A DNA stretch of 64,000 nt, taken from assembly GCA_010356995.1 (NCBI GenBank), contig ML996694.1, forward strand, positions 1 to 64,000. Reading direction: 5' to 3'. The first letter of the stretch is position 1. Every line of letters begins with the position of its first letter. The notes under the pieces are model-generated. The model made no database searches. It was not told the origin of the DNA and saw nothing but the letters and a program-made list of their open reading frames with translations. The DNA comes from Trichodelitschia bisporula (taxonomy: Eukaryota). Position numbers and translations under genes: made by a program. This document shows, one piece after another, positions 23,041 through 35,017 of this stretch.

Positions 23041-23937
23041 TTACTCATTCAATCCCAAAATGTCCCGCACCCGCGCCGTCTTCTTCAGCTCCCGAAAAGC
23101 CGGCGGCCGCGGTGTCTCCCACCCGTCAAAGCAGGCGCCGTATGTGATACCACCGCCACGCCAAACCGGACGCAGTTTCCGAATGTCAACCGTCTCCCGC
23201 GCCTCGTTCACAACATCCTCTCGCACGTGGAACATGACCGCCTCAACCAGCACCACCGTCGCCGTCCGCACCGTCGGGTCCGCCGCCGAGTATATGGGCG
23301 TGGTGCTGTGCACCTTACACTCGATACTAAAAGCCGACTCCGCAGCATACGGCGGCCGGATCTTAGTACTCGGCACCGGATGCAAGCCCGCCAGCGCCCA
23401 CTCTTCGACATGCGGCGGGGTGTTAACGGACGTAAAGTTGGCCGCCTCGAGGAACCAGTCACTGATGATACTGATGCACATCTCCCTCGTCTCAAGCACA
23501 TTCGTCAAGCTGTCGTTCGCGTCCTGACCGACAAAGCTCACACTGTACAGCGGCGGATCCGTGCTCACAGGCTGGAAGTACGAAAACGGCGCGACGTTGC
23601 CGATGCCAGTCGCAGACATGGTGCTCACGAGCGCGATGGGCCGCGGCACCACAGAGCTGATGATGAGCTTGTAGTTCTGATTCATCGTGCGGTCGGGCGC
23701 ATGCGGGTCGATGGCGAGGCGCTTGTGTGCCTCCCATTCGCGCGACGAGGCTCCGTCGCCAGGCTGCCACGTCGGGTTTGGTGTTTTGGTGACCTTCCAC
23801 TCGAGGCTGTGGTCGTAGGCCGGGCGCGCGGCTTCGACGGCGGGGAAGTCGACGTGTGGGTTGCGCTGGACGAGGGCTTCTTTGTCGAAGGCTTCTTCCG
23901 GGGCGTTGAGCGCTTCGGGCGCTGCGTGAGGGGCCAT
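23041..23937 (-). CDS. Flavin reductase-like protein (DIM6/NTAB family, FMN-binding split barrel)
   Basis: RNPHVDFPAVEAARP, NYKLIISSVVPRPIALVST, NVAPFSYFQ, FSIECK, LRPVWRGGGITY; intronless. Confidence 0.9.
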   Translation of the reverse strand: MAPHAAPEALNAPEEAFDKEALVQRNPHVDFPAVEAARPAYDHSLEWKVTKTPNPTWQPGDGASSREWEAHKRLAIDPHAPDRTMNQNYKLIISSVVPRPIALVSTMSATGIGNVAPFSYFQPVSTDPPLYSVSFVGQDANDSLTNVLETREMCISIISDWFLEAANFTSVNTPPHVEEWALAGLHPVPSTKIRPPYAAESAFSIECKVHSTTPIYSAADPTVRTATVVLVEAVMFHVREDVVNEARETVDIRKLRPVWRGGGITYGACFDGWETPRPPAFRELKKTARVRDILGLNE

Positions 23938-24417
23938 GGCGTGCGAGTGGGCCCGACCATCACACTGGGTTCTGGGCCCTGATATCGTGGGCGTAGAGGG
24001 GCCGAAAATGAGCCCGTGATAAAAAATAAGGCCGCGATAAGGCGCAAGGCCGGCGACGGATGTGCTTCCGATGGACGGCATCCGTGCCGCGTAGCGTGCC
24101 GACCGCCCCTGCCGATCTCCACTTCGGGCTGGGTCCGGTTCCGCTAGCGCCTAGCCTCGCATCGTAGGTTATCTCGCTATCATGGCTGATTATTGAGCGA
24201 TACAGATGATTGAGGCGATTGAGCAATGCAGGCGATTGCGACTGATGCTGCGGCGGCATTCGGAACCGTATCCTGTCGTGCTTATGGCTCTGGAAAAGTC
24301 AAACAGCATGAAGATGCATCTATATATCGGGGCCAGGGAGACCCAGAGTGACGGAACAGCAAGCGGCAGCGGCATCCATCTTCTCCACTCTATTGGCTTC
24401 TTAGCCTTCCCGCAACC

Positions 24418-26148
24418 ATGGTTTCATTCCCCAAGGTCACTGTTCCCCGCACCTTCACCGCGTGGCAGGTCAAGGAAGAGGGCCAGGATGAGAAGTCCTT
24501 CAACCGCTGGGCGAATCGCGATCTGATCCCCAGTCCGCCTGAGGAGCGCAACTACACTGTCCGGGGCTACTTTGGCTTCTGGTATGACCCCACTTCAAAG
24601 GTCTTTGTCGTTCAAACTAACAAGACAGGGTCGCCGCCGCTGTCAACATCTCCGGCTGGACGCTCGGCTCGAGCAACCTCGCCAATGGCCTCAGCGCCGG
24701 CGAGGCCATCGGGATGGTGTTCATCGGCTCTGTGCTCGCCGGTCTCATCTCCTTCGTGTCAGGCGAGCCAGGCGTCAAGTACCACGTCGGCTTCCCGATG
24801 ATGTCGCGCGTCGGCTTCGGCATGTACGGGTCGTACTTCGTCATCATGCTCAAGTGCTTCGTCAACTTCATCTACTTCGGCATCCAGGCGTACTGGGGTG
24901 GCCTCGCCGTCAAGGTCATCCTGAGCGCCATCTTCCCGTCCTTCCAGCACATGAAGAACACGCTGCCCGAGGGCGCGGACATCACGACCAACCAGCTTAT
25001 CGGCTTCATCATCTACATCCTCATCTTCACGCCGCTTATGCTGGTGCACCCGCGCAAGCTGCACAAGTACCTCTGGGGCGCCTTCGGTGCCGTCCTGGCG
25101 ACCATGGTGGGCCTCTTCATCTGGGCTGTCGCCTCGAACCACGGCGCCGCGGCGCCGGGCCCGAACCTGCTCATCCCCAAGGCGACGCGCCAGTTCCGCA
25201 TGCTCCAGTGCGTCAGCTCCGTTGCCGGCGCTTGGACAGGCAGCGCCATCAGACAATCGGACTGGACGCGGTACGCCAAAACGAAGCGTGCACCCGTGAT
25301 GAACCAGCTGTTCACCGTGCCCATCGCGCTCACTGTCGTTGCGACTCTCGGCGTCTTCGCCACCAGCGCCGTCAAGGACATGTATGGCAAAACCATCTGG
25401 CAGCCCATCACGCTCCTCGAGTTTCTGTTGGCCCACAACTACAACGCTGCCACCCGCGCGGGGTGCTTCTTCGCGGGCCTAGGTTTCTTCCTCAGCCAGA
25501 TCTCCGTCAACCTGGTGCAGAACTCCGTGGCGGCGGGCATGGATCTCGCGTCGCTGGCGCCCAAGTGGATCGACGTGACGCGGGGCAGTCTCATCATGTG
25601 CTTCGTCGGCTACCTGATCAATCCGTGGCGCTTCGTCAACGCGCCAGGCACGTTCATCACGGTGCTCAACTCCTTCGGCATGTTCATCTCGCCGCTCGCC
25701 GCCATCAACGCCGTCGACTTCTGGATCATCCGCAAGCGGAACTGGAAGGTACCGGATCTGTATGTCGGCAACAAGAACTCCATCTACTGGTATCATGCTG
25801 GCCTGAACTGGCGGGCCTTCCTCGCCTGGACCATGGGCATCTGGCCTTCTTTCCGTAAGTCCCTTCTCCACGCCCCGAACGTCGCTAACCTCATCAGCCG
25901 GCTTCTTTGTCGCAACTGGGGCCGCGAAGCTGCCCATCGTGTGGATCCGCATGTTCCAAGTCAGTTGGTTCATCGGCTTCCTGGGTGGTGGTGCCATCTA
26001 CCTGGCCGTATGCTTAATCTCGCCGCCGCCGGGCAAACCCTATGTCAGCGAGTTGTTCGGTAACGAGCATGTGGACGTAATTGATGGTCGGTCGGACGGC
26101 TCATCGGTGGTGGATGTGGTGGAGACGAGCGCGAAGCTGAAGGTGTAA
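24418..26148 (+). CDS. NCS1 family nucleobase/allantoin permease (Fur-like), copy 2
   Basis: RWANRDLIPSPPEERNY, YHVGFPMMSRVGFGMYG, RQSDWTRY, VDFWIIRKRNW, GLNWRA; introns ~24582-24628 and ~25855-25897. Confidence 0.93.
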
Positions 26149-26324
26149 TGGAGGAGATGGTTATGCATCGGATAGACTGTGTCATATGATTGTTTCAAGC
26201 GCGCGCTGCAGATAAGACGTTTAGTCCGGCTTTCCGAGGCGTCGGAAGCCATTCCGAGCGCTGGATAAAAGCTGCTTTGAATCCTGCTTTGAGCTTTAGT
26301 CAATTCAGTGCGCCCTCAGCCATC

Positions 26325-27173
26325 ATGTCCGTCACGATCAGGAAAGCGTACGTCGACACGCCTCATGGCCAGCTCCACTACCGATATGCCGCACCAGTCC
26401 TCGCCGCCGATGCGAAACCCAAAGAAACGCTGCTCTTCCTCCACAAGTCTGCCTCCTCCAGCGTAAGCTACGAACTCTTGATGGGCATGTACGCCGCCAA
26501 AGGGCACCCCTGCTACGCGCCCGACTACCCTGGCTTCGGACGCAGCTTCGACCCCGACGCCGAAGCCATCGCGTTGATCGAGAAAGACGGCACAGCCTGG
26601 TTCGCGAAGCTCGTCCTCAATGCAGTCCGCAGCCTCGGCGTTCAGACAGCGCACATCATTGGGCACCACTCCGGCACGGCCCTCGCTCTCGAGCTAGCAG
26701 CTACAGTCCCCGAGTTCACCAAAAGCATCGCGCTGGTCGGGCCAGCGGTCATGAGCGAGGAGGAGCGAGCGGCCATGAAGGAAGTATACTTCGCGCCGTT
26801 CAATGAGCCGCGTCCGGACGGTGGGCATCTGCTCAAGACGTGGGAATATCTTGCTCATATGGGAGTTGGGGAGGACATCGGGATGTGGCAGCGGGAGGCG
26901 CTAGACCATCTCCGCGCGTGGCGGGGCCGGACGCTGATTTACGGCGCGGTGTGGGCACAGGAGTGCGAGGCATTGTACATGAAGATTGAGTGCCCGATAC
27001 TGTTGATGTGTGCGAGGGACGATGTGCTGTGGAAATACTTTGGGCATGTCAAGTCGCTGCGGCCTGAGATTCCGGCAGTGGAGGTTGGGGGGGCAAACTT
27101 TGAGCTTGATCGGGATGCGGGGGGGATCGAGAAGGCGTGGACGTCATTTATGGAGACTTTATCTGGAGTATGA
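26325..27173 (+). CDS. Alpha/beta-fold hydrolase with non-canonical nucleophile elbow (G-H-H-S-G)
   Basis: KAYVDTPHGQLHYR, LLFLHKSASS, APDYPGFGRS, IIGHHSGTALALELA, CPILLMCARDD; intronless. Confidence 0.85.
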   Translation: MSVTIRKAYVDTPHGQLHYRYAAPVLAADAKPKETLLFLHKSASSSVSYELLMGMYAAKGHPCYAPDYPGFGRSFDPDAEAIALIEKDGTAWFAKLVLNAVRSLGVQTAHIIGHHSGTALALELAATVPEFTKSIALVGPAVMSEEERAAMKEVYFAPFNEPRPDGGHLLKTWEYLAHMGVGEDIGMWQREALDHLRAWRGRTLIYGAVWAQECEALYMKIECPILLMCARDDVLWKYFGHVKSLRPEIPAVEVGGANFELDRDAGGIEKAWTSFMETLSGV

Positions 27174-27420
27174 GAGCGGAAGGAGGACGAGATGTTAGCA
27201 ATTGAGGTGTTGAAGCTCTCGGCTTTCAAGTCTTTGTACTGGGCTTGGCATGTTGGTCGCCTTCCCCTCACAAAGAACCCCCCCCGTTCCTTGGCACCGA
27301 CCTCCACCAAATGCTACGCGGTCCATCCCCTCAGTCCATTTAACACTCTACCTACATCTCTACCCCAACATCTTTCACTATCTTTCCACTCTTTCTTGTT
27401 TACACGCTTCGCTCAGCACA

Positions 27421-28738
27421 ATGAACGGGTCGGTCCCCCAGATCCCCGGTGTCAAAGCGGAAGAGAGGCTCGCCCGAGATTTTCGCCGCGAGGTGGCCAA
27501 CTTGCTCAACCGGAACAACGTGGGCTTCCCCGGCGCGCAGCCCGTGAGCTTTGCGCGGCATCATCTCGACGAGCTCTGCCGGAGGGAGTAAGTTCACTCT
27601 ACTCTATTATATATGAACTATTTCATAGATGCACCCTCGTACTTGAGCTGACTGTCAGCTACTTCCTCTGCGAAAAGACCGACGGCATCCGTTGCCTGCT
27701 GTACTGCACGCAGGACCAGAGAAACCAGGAGATCCATTACCTCATTGACCGCAAGAACGATTATTATTTCCTGCAGGGCGCCTCTCCCCCCAAGTGTATG
27801 TCCTCTCTCCGTCAGCGACGCGCCGCTAACTTCTAGTTCTACACTTCCCGCACCATGAAGACCCGAGCTTCCAACGCTTCCACACGGAGACACTTCTCGA
27901 TGGCGAGCTCGTACTTGATTTCGTCAAGGGTGCGCCCAAGCCCGTGCTGCGCTACCTCGTCTTCGACTGCCTCCTCTTCGATGGGGAGATCCTGATGCAA
28001 AAGCCGCTGGATAAACGCCTTGCCCGCTTCCGCGAGTTCATCCACCGTCCGCTCAGGACAATGCTGCACAAGTTCCCCGAAGAGAGGCAGCATCAGCTCT
28101 TCGAGGTCGTGTTCAAGGAGATGGACAAGCCGTACGCACTTGAGAACATGTTTAACATTAAGCTGCCCAGTCTGCCGCATGGCAATGACGGTCTGGTCTT
28201 CACCTGCAAGGACACACCCTACGTCTTTGGCACCGACGAGCACATCCTCAAGTGGAAGCCGGCCCACGAAAACTCCATCGACTTCAAGCTCCGGCTCGGC
28301 ACATTCCCCATCCTCCAGGATGAAGAAGGCCCGTACGAGGACTTCGAGGCGATGCCGGACTTCACGCTCCTTGTCTACCACGGCGACAACCGATACGAAC
28401 CCTTTGCGCCCCTGTACATCACCGACGAGGACTGGCAAATCATGAAGCGACTTGGTCAAGTGCTAGATGGGCGCATCATTGAGTGCTATCGCGATGAAGA
28501 GGGCCGCTGGCAGTTTAAGAAAGAGCACGATGGCTCCCCGCGCTTCCGCGATGATAAGCTCGAGGCCAATCACATCTCGACCGTGAACAAGGTCCTGCAG
28601 AGCATCTCCGACGCTGTTTCGCAGGAGGACCTCATCGCTGCGGCGCCGGCCATCATGCGTGCGTGGAAGGCGCGTCATCCGGAGGAGGAAGAGGCGAAGC
28701 GGCGCCATGCGCAGGCGCGGCCGCCAAACGGGCACTAG
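27421..28738 (+). CDS. CEG1: mRNA capping enzyme alpha subunit (guanylyltransferase)
   Basis: FPGAQPVSF, motif I CEKTDGIR, LLDGELV, YLVFDCL, HGNDGLVFT, ILKWKP, RFRDDKLEANH; introns ~27588-27658 and ~27796-27836. Confidence 0.96.
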
Positions 28739-28904
28739 GCAATGGTTTTCGGGCGGCGTACGGGCAGATGGGGTACAGGCGCAACGGACAGGATACCCAA
28801 TATGGTGTGGTTATGTGTCATTACATTACTTGCTGGCGTAACCAGAACTAATACAAGGCTTACGGCTCACTCCTTTTGAGCAAAAATCAAACGCCAGTGA
28901 TCGG

Positions 28905-30422
28905 TTACCTTCTGAGTTCTGCGAATATGTACGGGAGGATGACGACGCATGCTGTGAAGAAGATGCGTAGGCCGTCGAAGATGAGGACGAAGGGCCATAG
29001 CAGCGGGTTGAAGGTGGTGACATGCAGCCAGATGCCGTACATGGCGACGGAGAAGAAGTGGTACACGAGGGTGAGTGGGCTCCGCGTGATGCCGGCAAGT
29101 AGGCCGACGGGTCCATCGATACAGCTACCGCCGAGCTGGAAGTAGCGGAAGCATCCACGCTGGAGAGCGCGCAGGCTTGCGTCTGGAAGGGTGGGAATTA
29201 GTTCGCTGCCTCCCTCACGGCCGGGACACTTACCATCAGCAGCAAACAAACTATACAGCGCCTGCGCCAAAATATTGATGACCGCAGTGATATCCTTCCG
29301 CTGCCAATGAAACCTAGCCATTTGCCTAATCACCCCCTTCGTATCGTCCAACTTCGGTACGTGCGCCGGGCTCAGCAACTCCGCCACAAGCACAACATCG
29401 TTGAACGCAACCGTCATGCCACCGCCGGTAAGAGGGTGGCGCATATTTAGCGCGTCACCGAGTATAATAACCCCTGGTGCCTTGTTCGTCGTCGGCGGGA
29501 GCCAGGAATTGGGCATAGAACGCAGCGGGCCCTCCAGCGCCGCCGCGAACGACGGGCGCACGCACTCGGGCAGGCTCGGGAGCACCACGTTGCGCAGATG
29601 GTTCTTGACACCGCCCGCCTTGACGGATGCGCTAGGTAGGTTTTCGGGTATGTCGATGAGGGCGCGCGTCTCGTGCGTGCCGATCTGGTAGAGCAGGACT
29701 GGGGGGCCGTCGGTGAGGAGTACGTGTCCGTGGTAGGGGCGCGGAAGTACGGCGTCGCGCAGCTCGATGCCGTAGAATTTGGATTTGACGATGGGGGTGA
29801 GGGTGATGTAGTCTTTGCGGAACTTGGAGGCGTAGCCGTCGGCGATGGCGGTGAGATGCCCGAAGTACTGGCCTGCTTAGCCGGATCGGTGAGAGCAGAG
29901 GGATGGACTCACATATTCCTTCTCGCCCTTGGTTTTGCACTCCACGCCTAGAACCTGGCCTGTTTCGTCATCCTTGATCAGGTCGACGGCCGTTGTCTCC
30001 ACCACCGTGACATTCTTTGCGCGCATGGCCGCTGCTCGGAGCTTCCCAATGAAGCGGCCATGATGGAACGAGCGGCCCTCAGGCCTCTTGCCATTAGGCC
30101 CGACAGGGTACGGAATCTCAACCGCCTCGCCGTGGTATATAACCTCGTAGCCGTGGACAGGAATCGCATCAATGTCGTCCAGACAGTCGCGCAACCCCAG
30201 ATTTTCAAGCGCCGTAACACCGCCCGGCTGCAGCAGCTCGCCAACAATGCGATCCGGCTCCTTGAGGCTCTTCTCGAGCAGAATGACGCTGCGGCCTTGG
30301 TTGGACAGCGCGACGGCCAGGGCGCAGCCCGCGATGCCAGCGCCGATGATCACGACTTCGGCATCGTGCTGGAGGCGGCGGCGCTCCTCGCGGTCGTCGA
30401 TGGGGGATGGGGCGAGAGGCAT
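28905..30422 (-). CDS. ERG1: Squalene epoxidase
   Basis: IIGAGIAG FAD motif, EPDRIVGELLQPGG, GRSFHHGRF, ADGYASKFR, GDALNMRHPLTGGGMTVA, INILAQALY; two introns (~29870-29912, ~29183-29233). Confidence 0.96.
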
Positions 30423-31184
30423 TGGAGGTTAGGGAGGAGGGGAAGGGCGCGTCAGAGACGGTGAGGAAGGGAGAGCTGTTGGGACATGTTGCTTTCTTGT
30501 TGACCGTGAATTTGTCCTTTGAACCCATCATTCGACATTATTCGCCGAAAGGGGCTTGGTGCGCAGGCACATGTCTGGCGTGGCTTGGGCCAGGGGAAAT
30601 TTCAGCCACGCGCGCAGGGGCGCAAGCCACGAGGGTGGGGTGACATTTGTGACCCCTCTCGATGGACGACATCACGATCGCAACTCCGGCTTCATTCTTC
30701 ATCTTCAGCCTCCGCTTTTGATTCCCGTACCCTTTGCTCTTACTAGTTTGCTTCTCTTCAGCCCAGACAAGCTGTGGTAACTTTGCCAATGGTCAGAGAT
30801 TAAGCTGCATCCTTGTCCTTCATCAAAATCCCCTCGCCGGGTTGAGATACCCAAATCGGGTTGATGCTTCATGGCTCCTTTGCTTCAGTAACATAACAGC
30901 GAGCATCGGCTGCCGCTTTGCCGCCTTCAACTGAGCATCCCCGGGTACTTCAAATAGCCCTACAGAAATCGATTGCAAGCATCTTTCTCACTCTTATAAT
31001 GCGTTCGAGCTCCAACATCAGTGCGTGGGGCTCGCACGGCCTCGGCATCTCCAACGTCCACGTCCATCGGATTGGTGATGTACGGTGATAGTACACAGAA
31101 ACCAGTGCTCTTCTAGCTTTTACAAAAGGCAGCCATGAATCTCTTCTACTACTGTCCAGGTGCCCTTGAACATCGATTTCAATC

Positions 31185-31940
31185 ATGCCGGCCTTCAACC
31201 TCCATCTCATCGCTCTCAAGCGAGAGCAGTCGGTCCCCGCGTTTTTGGCGCATATCCGCAGCGAGTCCATCAACCCTCTCGTCCAAGCTCGCCCCTTGAG
31301 GTGGATCATCCTACCGACGAAGCGGTCGCAGCATCTTCTCGCTCACAACATCCACTGGGATGTACTCCTCATCTTGCCGGACGGCGACGCCCTTTCATCG
31401 ACAACAAAGACCTACACCGACCATATCTGGAGCGCCAGTGTCAAGTTCCCCGCAGCCCTTTCTGACGGTTACGCCAAATTCAACAGCACTCTCCTCAATG
31501 CCCCAGCTCCCCAGATCCCGCCGCTCTCCGGAAAATACCCCGTGGCCAACGAGCTCGCGGACTTCCATTCAAAGCTCCCAGATCGCTACCGCTCTCACCC
31601 CGTCTCAATGCTAAACTTCCTGGCCTTCCACCCCAACAAGCGCGAGCAGTACAGCGCCTACGGCACGGCGTTCCGCGACAAGATCTCGCCCAAGTACGAG
31701 ACTCACACCAAGCTCATGGGCCACATCGCGGGCGACCAGGCGCGGGCGGAAGGCTGGGATGAGATGCTCCTGGTGCACCAGCCGAGCTTGCGCCATTTTG
31801 CGACGATGGCGGATGACGATGAGTACCATGAAATCAATCAAACGTACCGTTTGGGTGCGCTCAAGGACACGTTTATTCTGTGTGTGGTGGAGGTTGATGA
31901 TGACGGTGAGCCGGTGGCTCAGCGGGGTTCTAAGCTTTGA
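31185..31940 (+). CDS. Conserved fungal hypothetical protein with a C-terminal DUF1330-like (dimeric alpha-beta barrel) region
   Basis: Clean 251-aa ORF; RPLRWIILP, WDVLLIL, HPVSMLNFLAF, WDEMLLVHQPSLRHFATM, YHEINQTYRLGALKDTFILC. Confidence 0.75.
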   Translation: MPAFNLHLIALKREQSVPAFLAHIRSESINPLVQARPLRWIILPTKRSQHLLAHNIHWDVLLILPDGDALSSTTKTYTDHIWSASVKFPAALSDGYAKFNSTLLNAPAPQIPPLSGKYPVANELADFHSKLPDRYRSHPVSMLNFLAFHPNKREQYSAYGTAFRDKISPKYETHTKLMGHIAGDQARAEGWDEMLLVHQPSLRHFATMADDDEYHEINQTYRLGALKDTFILCVVEVDDDGEPVAQRGSKL

Positions 31941-33060
31941 GCTGAACGTGGTATCGCCGAGGGCTGGCGCGCTGGGCTTCGGTTGTCGTTCCATGTCTTT
32001 GTTGGCCGTCTGTGGACCGCCCCGTCATGTCGACTGCCTAGTAACTTCATTGGAGCTCTCCGTGAACACATTGCTGTATTCTGTACAATGAATTCTCCAA
32101 GTCCGACTGGATTTGAGAGCTGACAGCCTTCGTTCGTCATATCAAATGTTCCCGTGCAAGTATACTATCATCATGCACCCCTTCGAAACCGGACTGACAA
32201 ACGCCCGCTTACTCGAGTTCACAGCAACGCCATCGCACTTACCATGAAGTGGTCATCAGCTCCATCCCCATTTTACAAAGGCTCCTGACCAAAACATCAT
32301 GGAGCTTCCAGACTTGAAACTGCGGAAGCAAACCCTGAGCTTTCATTTAGGGAGGAACTCTCGGGCCCATTGGCAGGCATAAACACTGACCTCAACATCT
32401 ATTCTTCCCCCTCACCTCTCAACTTCACTCCGACATCACTCAAGTTCATCACTCAACTCCACCATCAGCCATTGTCAACACACCACTCAAATGACTGCTC
32501 GTCGTCGTGCTTGAGCACCCCCTTCCAGTCACACCGAACACAGCGTCCTACTTTTGACGAGGCACCTCAGACTCGACGGAGTCCCCCGGTACCTCGAATC
32601 GACGCTCGACTATGGCATACAGTACAAAGCCGGACATATCTAGGACAGCAGAGGCCTCACTGACAGTGACTGATCAGGAGACAGACAGACGAGATACGTC
32701 CTGCAACCGAAATTGAAACCCCTGAGGAGTCTAGTTCTAACGGAGGACTACCAGGTGGCAAATCATCGGCTAAGGGAAACAACCAGTGCGGGATACTGGC
32801 CCATCTTTTTCTCAACTTCGCGAACTACAACTCGATGGAATCACCCAGCTTCCAGACGAGCTCATCGACATGTTGGCTACAAAGCTTCCGCTTCTGGGAG
32901 AAGGTCTTGCCTCCGCACCACGACTTCCGAACTCAAGCGCGCAACATGGTTGCAGTCCACTCAGCTTCATGAACGACGTCTCCGTTCACTTTTCTCACGC
33001 GCGCAGGTTTGACATGATTTTCTCCGGAGTGGTTGAAAGACGGCAAAGTCTGTCAAGGGT

Positions 33061-33290
33061 CATCGCAACGGCCTGTTGCTTCGAACTTGCGTCGAGCAAG
33101 CGATGGATGGTCGTGCAATCGTCATTGTGCCCAACCTTCCCGATGACCCCAGCGAATAGCAAGTCATGCAATGGGAGGCGCAGCACCCAAAGAGTTACCG
33201 GTGGCGAGTTCTCGACGCAGCTGCTAAGTCGCTTAGAGCGTTTGATCCGGGCATCCATCCACAAGGGCAGCTCTGGCTGTGGGACCACTT
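33061..33290 (+). pseudogene. C-terminal half of a fungal HNH_2 nuclease-domain gene
   Basis: HRNGLLLRTCVEQAMDGRAIVIVPNLPDDPSE*QVMQWEAQHPKSYRWRVLD, with an in-frame TAG. Confidence 0.65.
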
Positions 33291-33718
33291 CAACTCTTTC
33301 CTCGGGACCGATCCACCGCCCAGGCCGTCCCATGAGCGCGAGCTCTCTATCCTTTGGAGGTTCATTCTCCTATCACTCGGTTCGTTCTCACTCTCGTGTC
33401 TTCTCTTATCTTCTTCTTAACACGTTGCTGCTTCATCATTCTCGGGGCCTGAATGTTACGTACCACCCAGCAATTGCTTGCGAGAACATAACAAGCCACC
33501 GGGTGCAACCGTCGTAACGATTCAGGACCTCGTCTTTCCTAGGCGGTGCCTTCCAGCCGCAGCTCTACGTGGCCACAGCGCCGGACCCGACTACGGTGTT
33601 TGCGGCAAGGACAAAATCAGCCCTTATGGGCATTCTGCCAGCAACACGACCGTAACTGTTAGAGATTTTTTCGAGTAACAGCCGTCAGTAATGTGACACG
33701 TCAGTTTGGGGGCGGCTT

Positions 33719-34063
33719 TTGGAATCCGAAGTCAGCGATGGACACCTCCTCGCCATCTCCACTGACCACTCCGCGGCAACTTTAACTGTACGGCAGACTG
33801 CACCCGCCCTTGGGGCCAGAAATTTTGGAAGGGGTAGACTTACGATAGGGGAGCAATCCAAGTTCAAGAAGGAACTTGTAACGTTCTATGGTGCTGCCTC
33901 GAAGCCCGTAGAAAAGAAGGCAAAGCCCCTTTTCCACGACGCCGCCACGGGCGAGTACCTGGATGGAGTCAATATCAGGGCCGCGCATCTAGTCCCATAA
34001 CGGACTGGCCCAGACATGTTGATCGCGCTGTTTGGAGAGAGCGCGAAGGACGAGATGATGTCG
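33719..34063 (+). pseudogene. N-terminal half of a fungal HNH_2 nuclease-domain gene
   Basis: EQSKFKKELVTFYGA...IRAAHLVP*RTGPDMLIALFGESAKDEMMS, with an in-frame TAA. Confidence 0.65.
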
Positions 34064-34194
34064 GTATTTATTTTTTTTCTCTTCTTTTTCTATTCCCCGG
34101 AGGTGGCGGAGCGTCTCGAGATATAAAAAGATATCCAGAAGAGATAATGGAGGCTAAAATTTACTATAGGCCCGAAACGGCCTTCTGGTTCGCA

Positions 34195-34565
34195 TCCCGA
34201 TGGCCACCCGGTATTGGGAAAACATCACAGTGGACTTTGTTATTGAGCTGCCAGCTTGCAAGCGCTATAGGGACCTACCGGAATATAATGGTGCTTGTAG
34301 ATCGGCTTTCAAAGCAGGTACGGTACTTTGACATGCCAAAGATCGATGTACAATCCACGGTGGAGGCGTTTTGAGATGCTTGTGGAAAGATGAAGGCTTC
34401 CCAAAGTCGATCATATCCGACCGTGGTTCTCAGTTCGTCAGTACGTTCTGGAAGAGACTTTACGACCGCTTAGGGACGGCACTAAAGCTCAGTACCGCGC
34501 ATCATCCGGAAACAGACGGGCAACCGGAGCGCGGCGATAGCGTCCTAAACTTCTATCTACGCATC
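34195..34565 (+). mobile_element. Ty3/gypsy integrase core (rve) fragment
   Basis: W...TVDFVIELP, IMVLVDRLSKQ, FPKSIISDRGSQFVSTFWK, LSTAHHPETDGQPER; frameshifted. Confidence 0.88.
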
Positions 34566-34574
34566 GCGACGACC

Positions 34575-34720
34575 AGACAAGACCCAAACCATGTGACTAC
34601 TTCGATCTAATCGGCGGCACCAGCACCGGCGGCATCATCGCCGTGCTCCTCGGACGACTCCAGCTAGACGTCCGGAAATGCATCAAAATCTACACAAAAC
34701 TAGCCGACCAATTTTCAAGC
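34575..34720 (+). pseudogene. Patatin-like phospholipase fragment
   Basis: PKPCDYFDLIGGTSTGGIIAVLLGRLQLDVRKCIKIYTKL carries the G-T-S-T-G motif; no flanking domain is present. Confidence 0.82.
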
Positions 34721-35017
34721 GCGACTGTTCTACAACTGGGCTCAGGACAATTGGCTAGACTGGCTACCACTGGTGGTGTCCCTGTGGGCGACTTCGGCGC
34801 AAGGCTTGGGCATGCGCCTGACGCGAACTTCCCACTTGAGAACGAGTTCAACGGATATTGTACGAACAAATTTGTCCAGATGTCTCAAACTCACTGCATT
34901 AGTGTGGTACAACAACCGTGGTCATCGATTTAGAAAAACAGGCAGGTCTGATGAGAAGTGACATTGAGATGTGGGAAAAGCTACTCGGTCAAGCCCCATC
35001 TCAGCACTCTTATTGCA

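Noticed and set aside
28905..30422. ERG1 as a self-resistance or biosynthetic member of the surrounding cluster
   Set aside because: No PKS, NRPS or terpene synthase is in the window. ERG1 looks canonical and pairs with housekeeping CEG1, and I saw no CCGTCGG in its upstream region.
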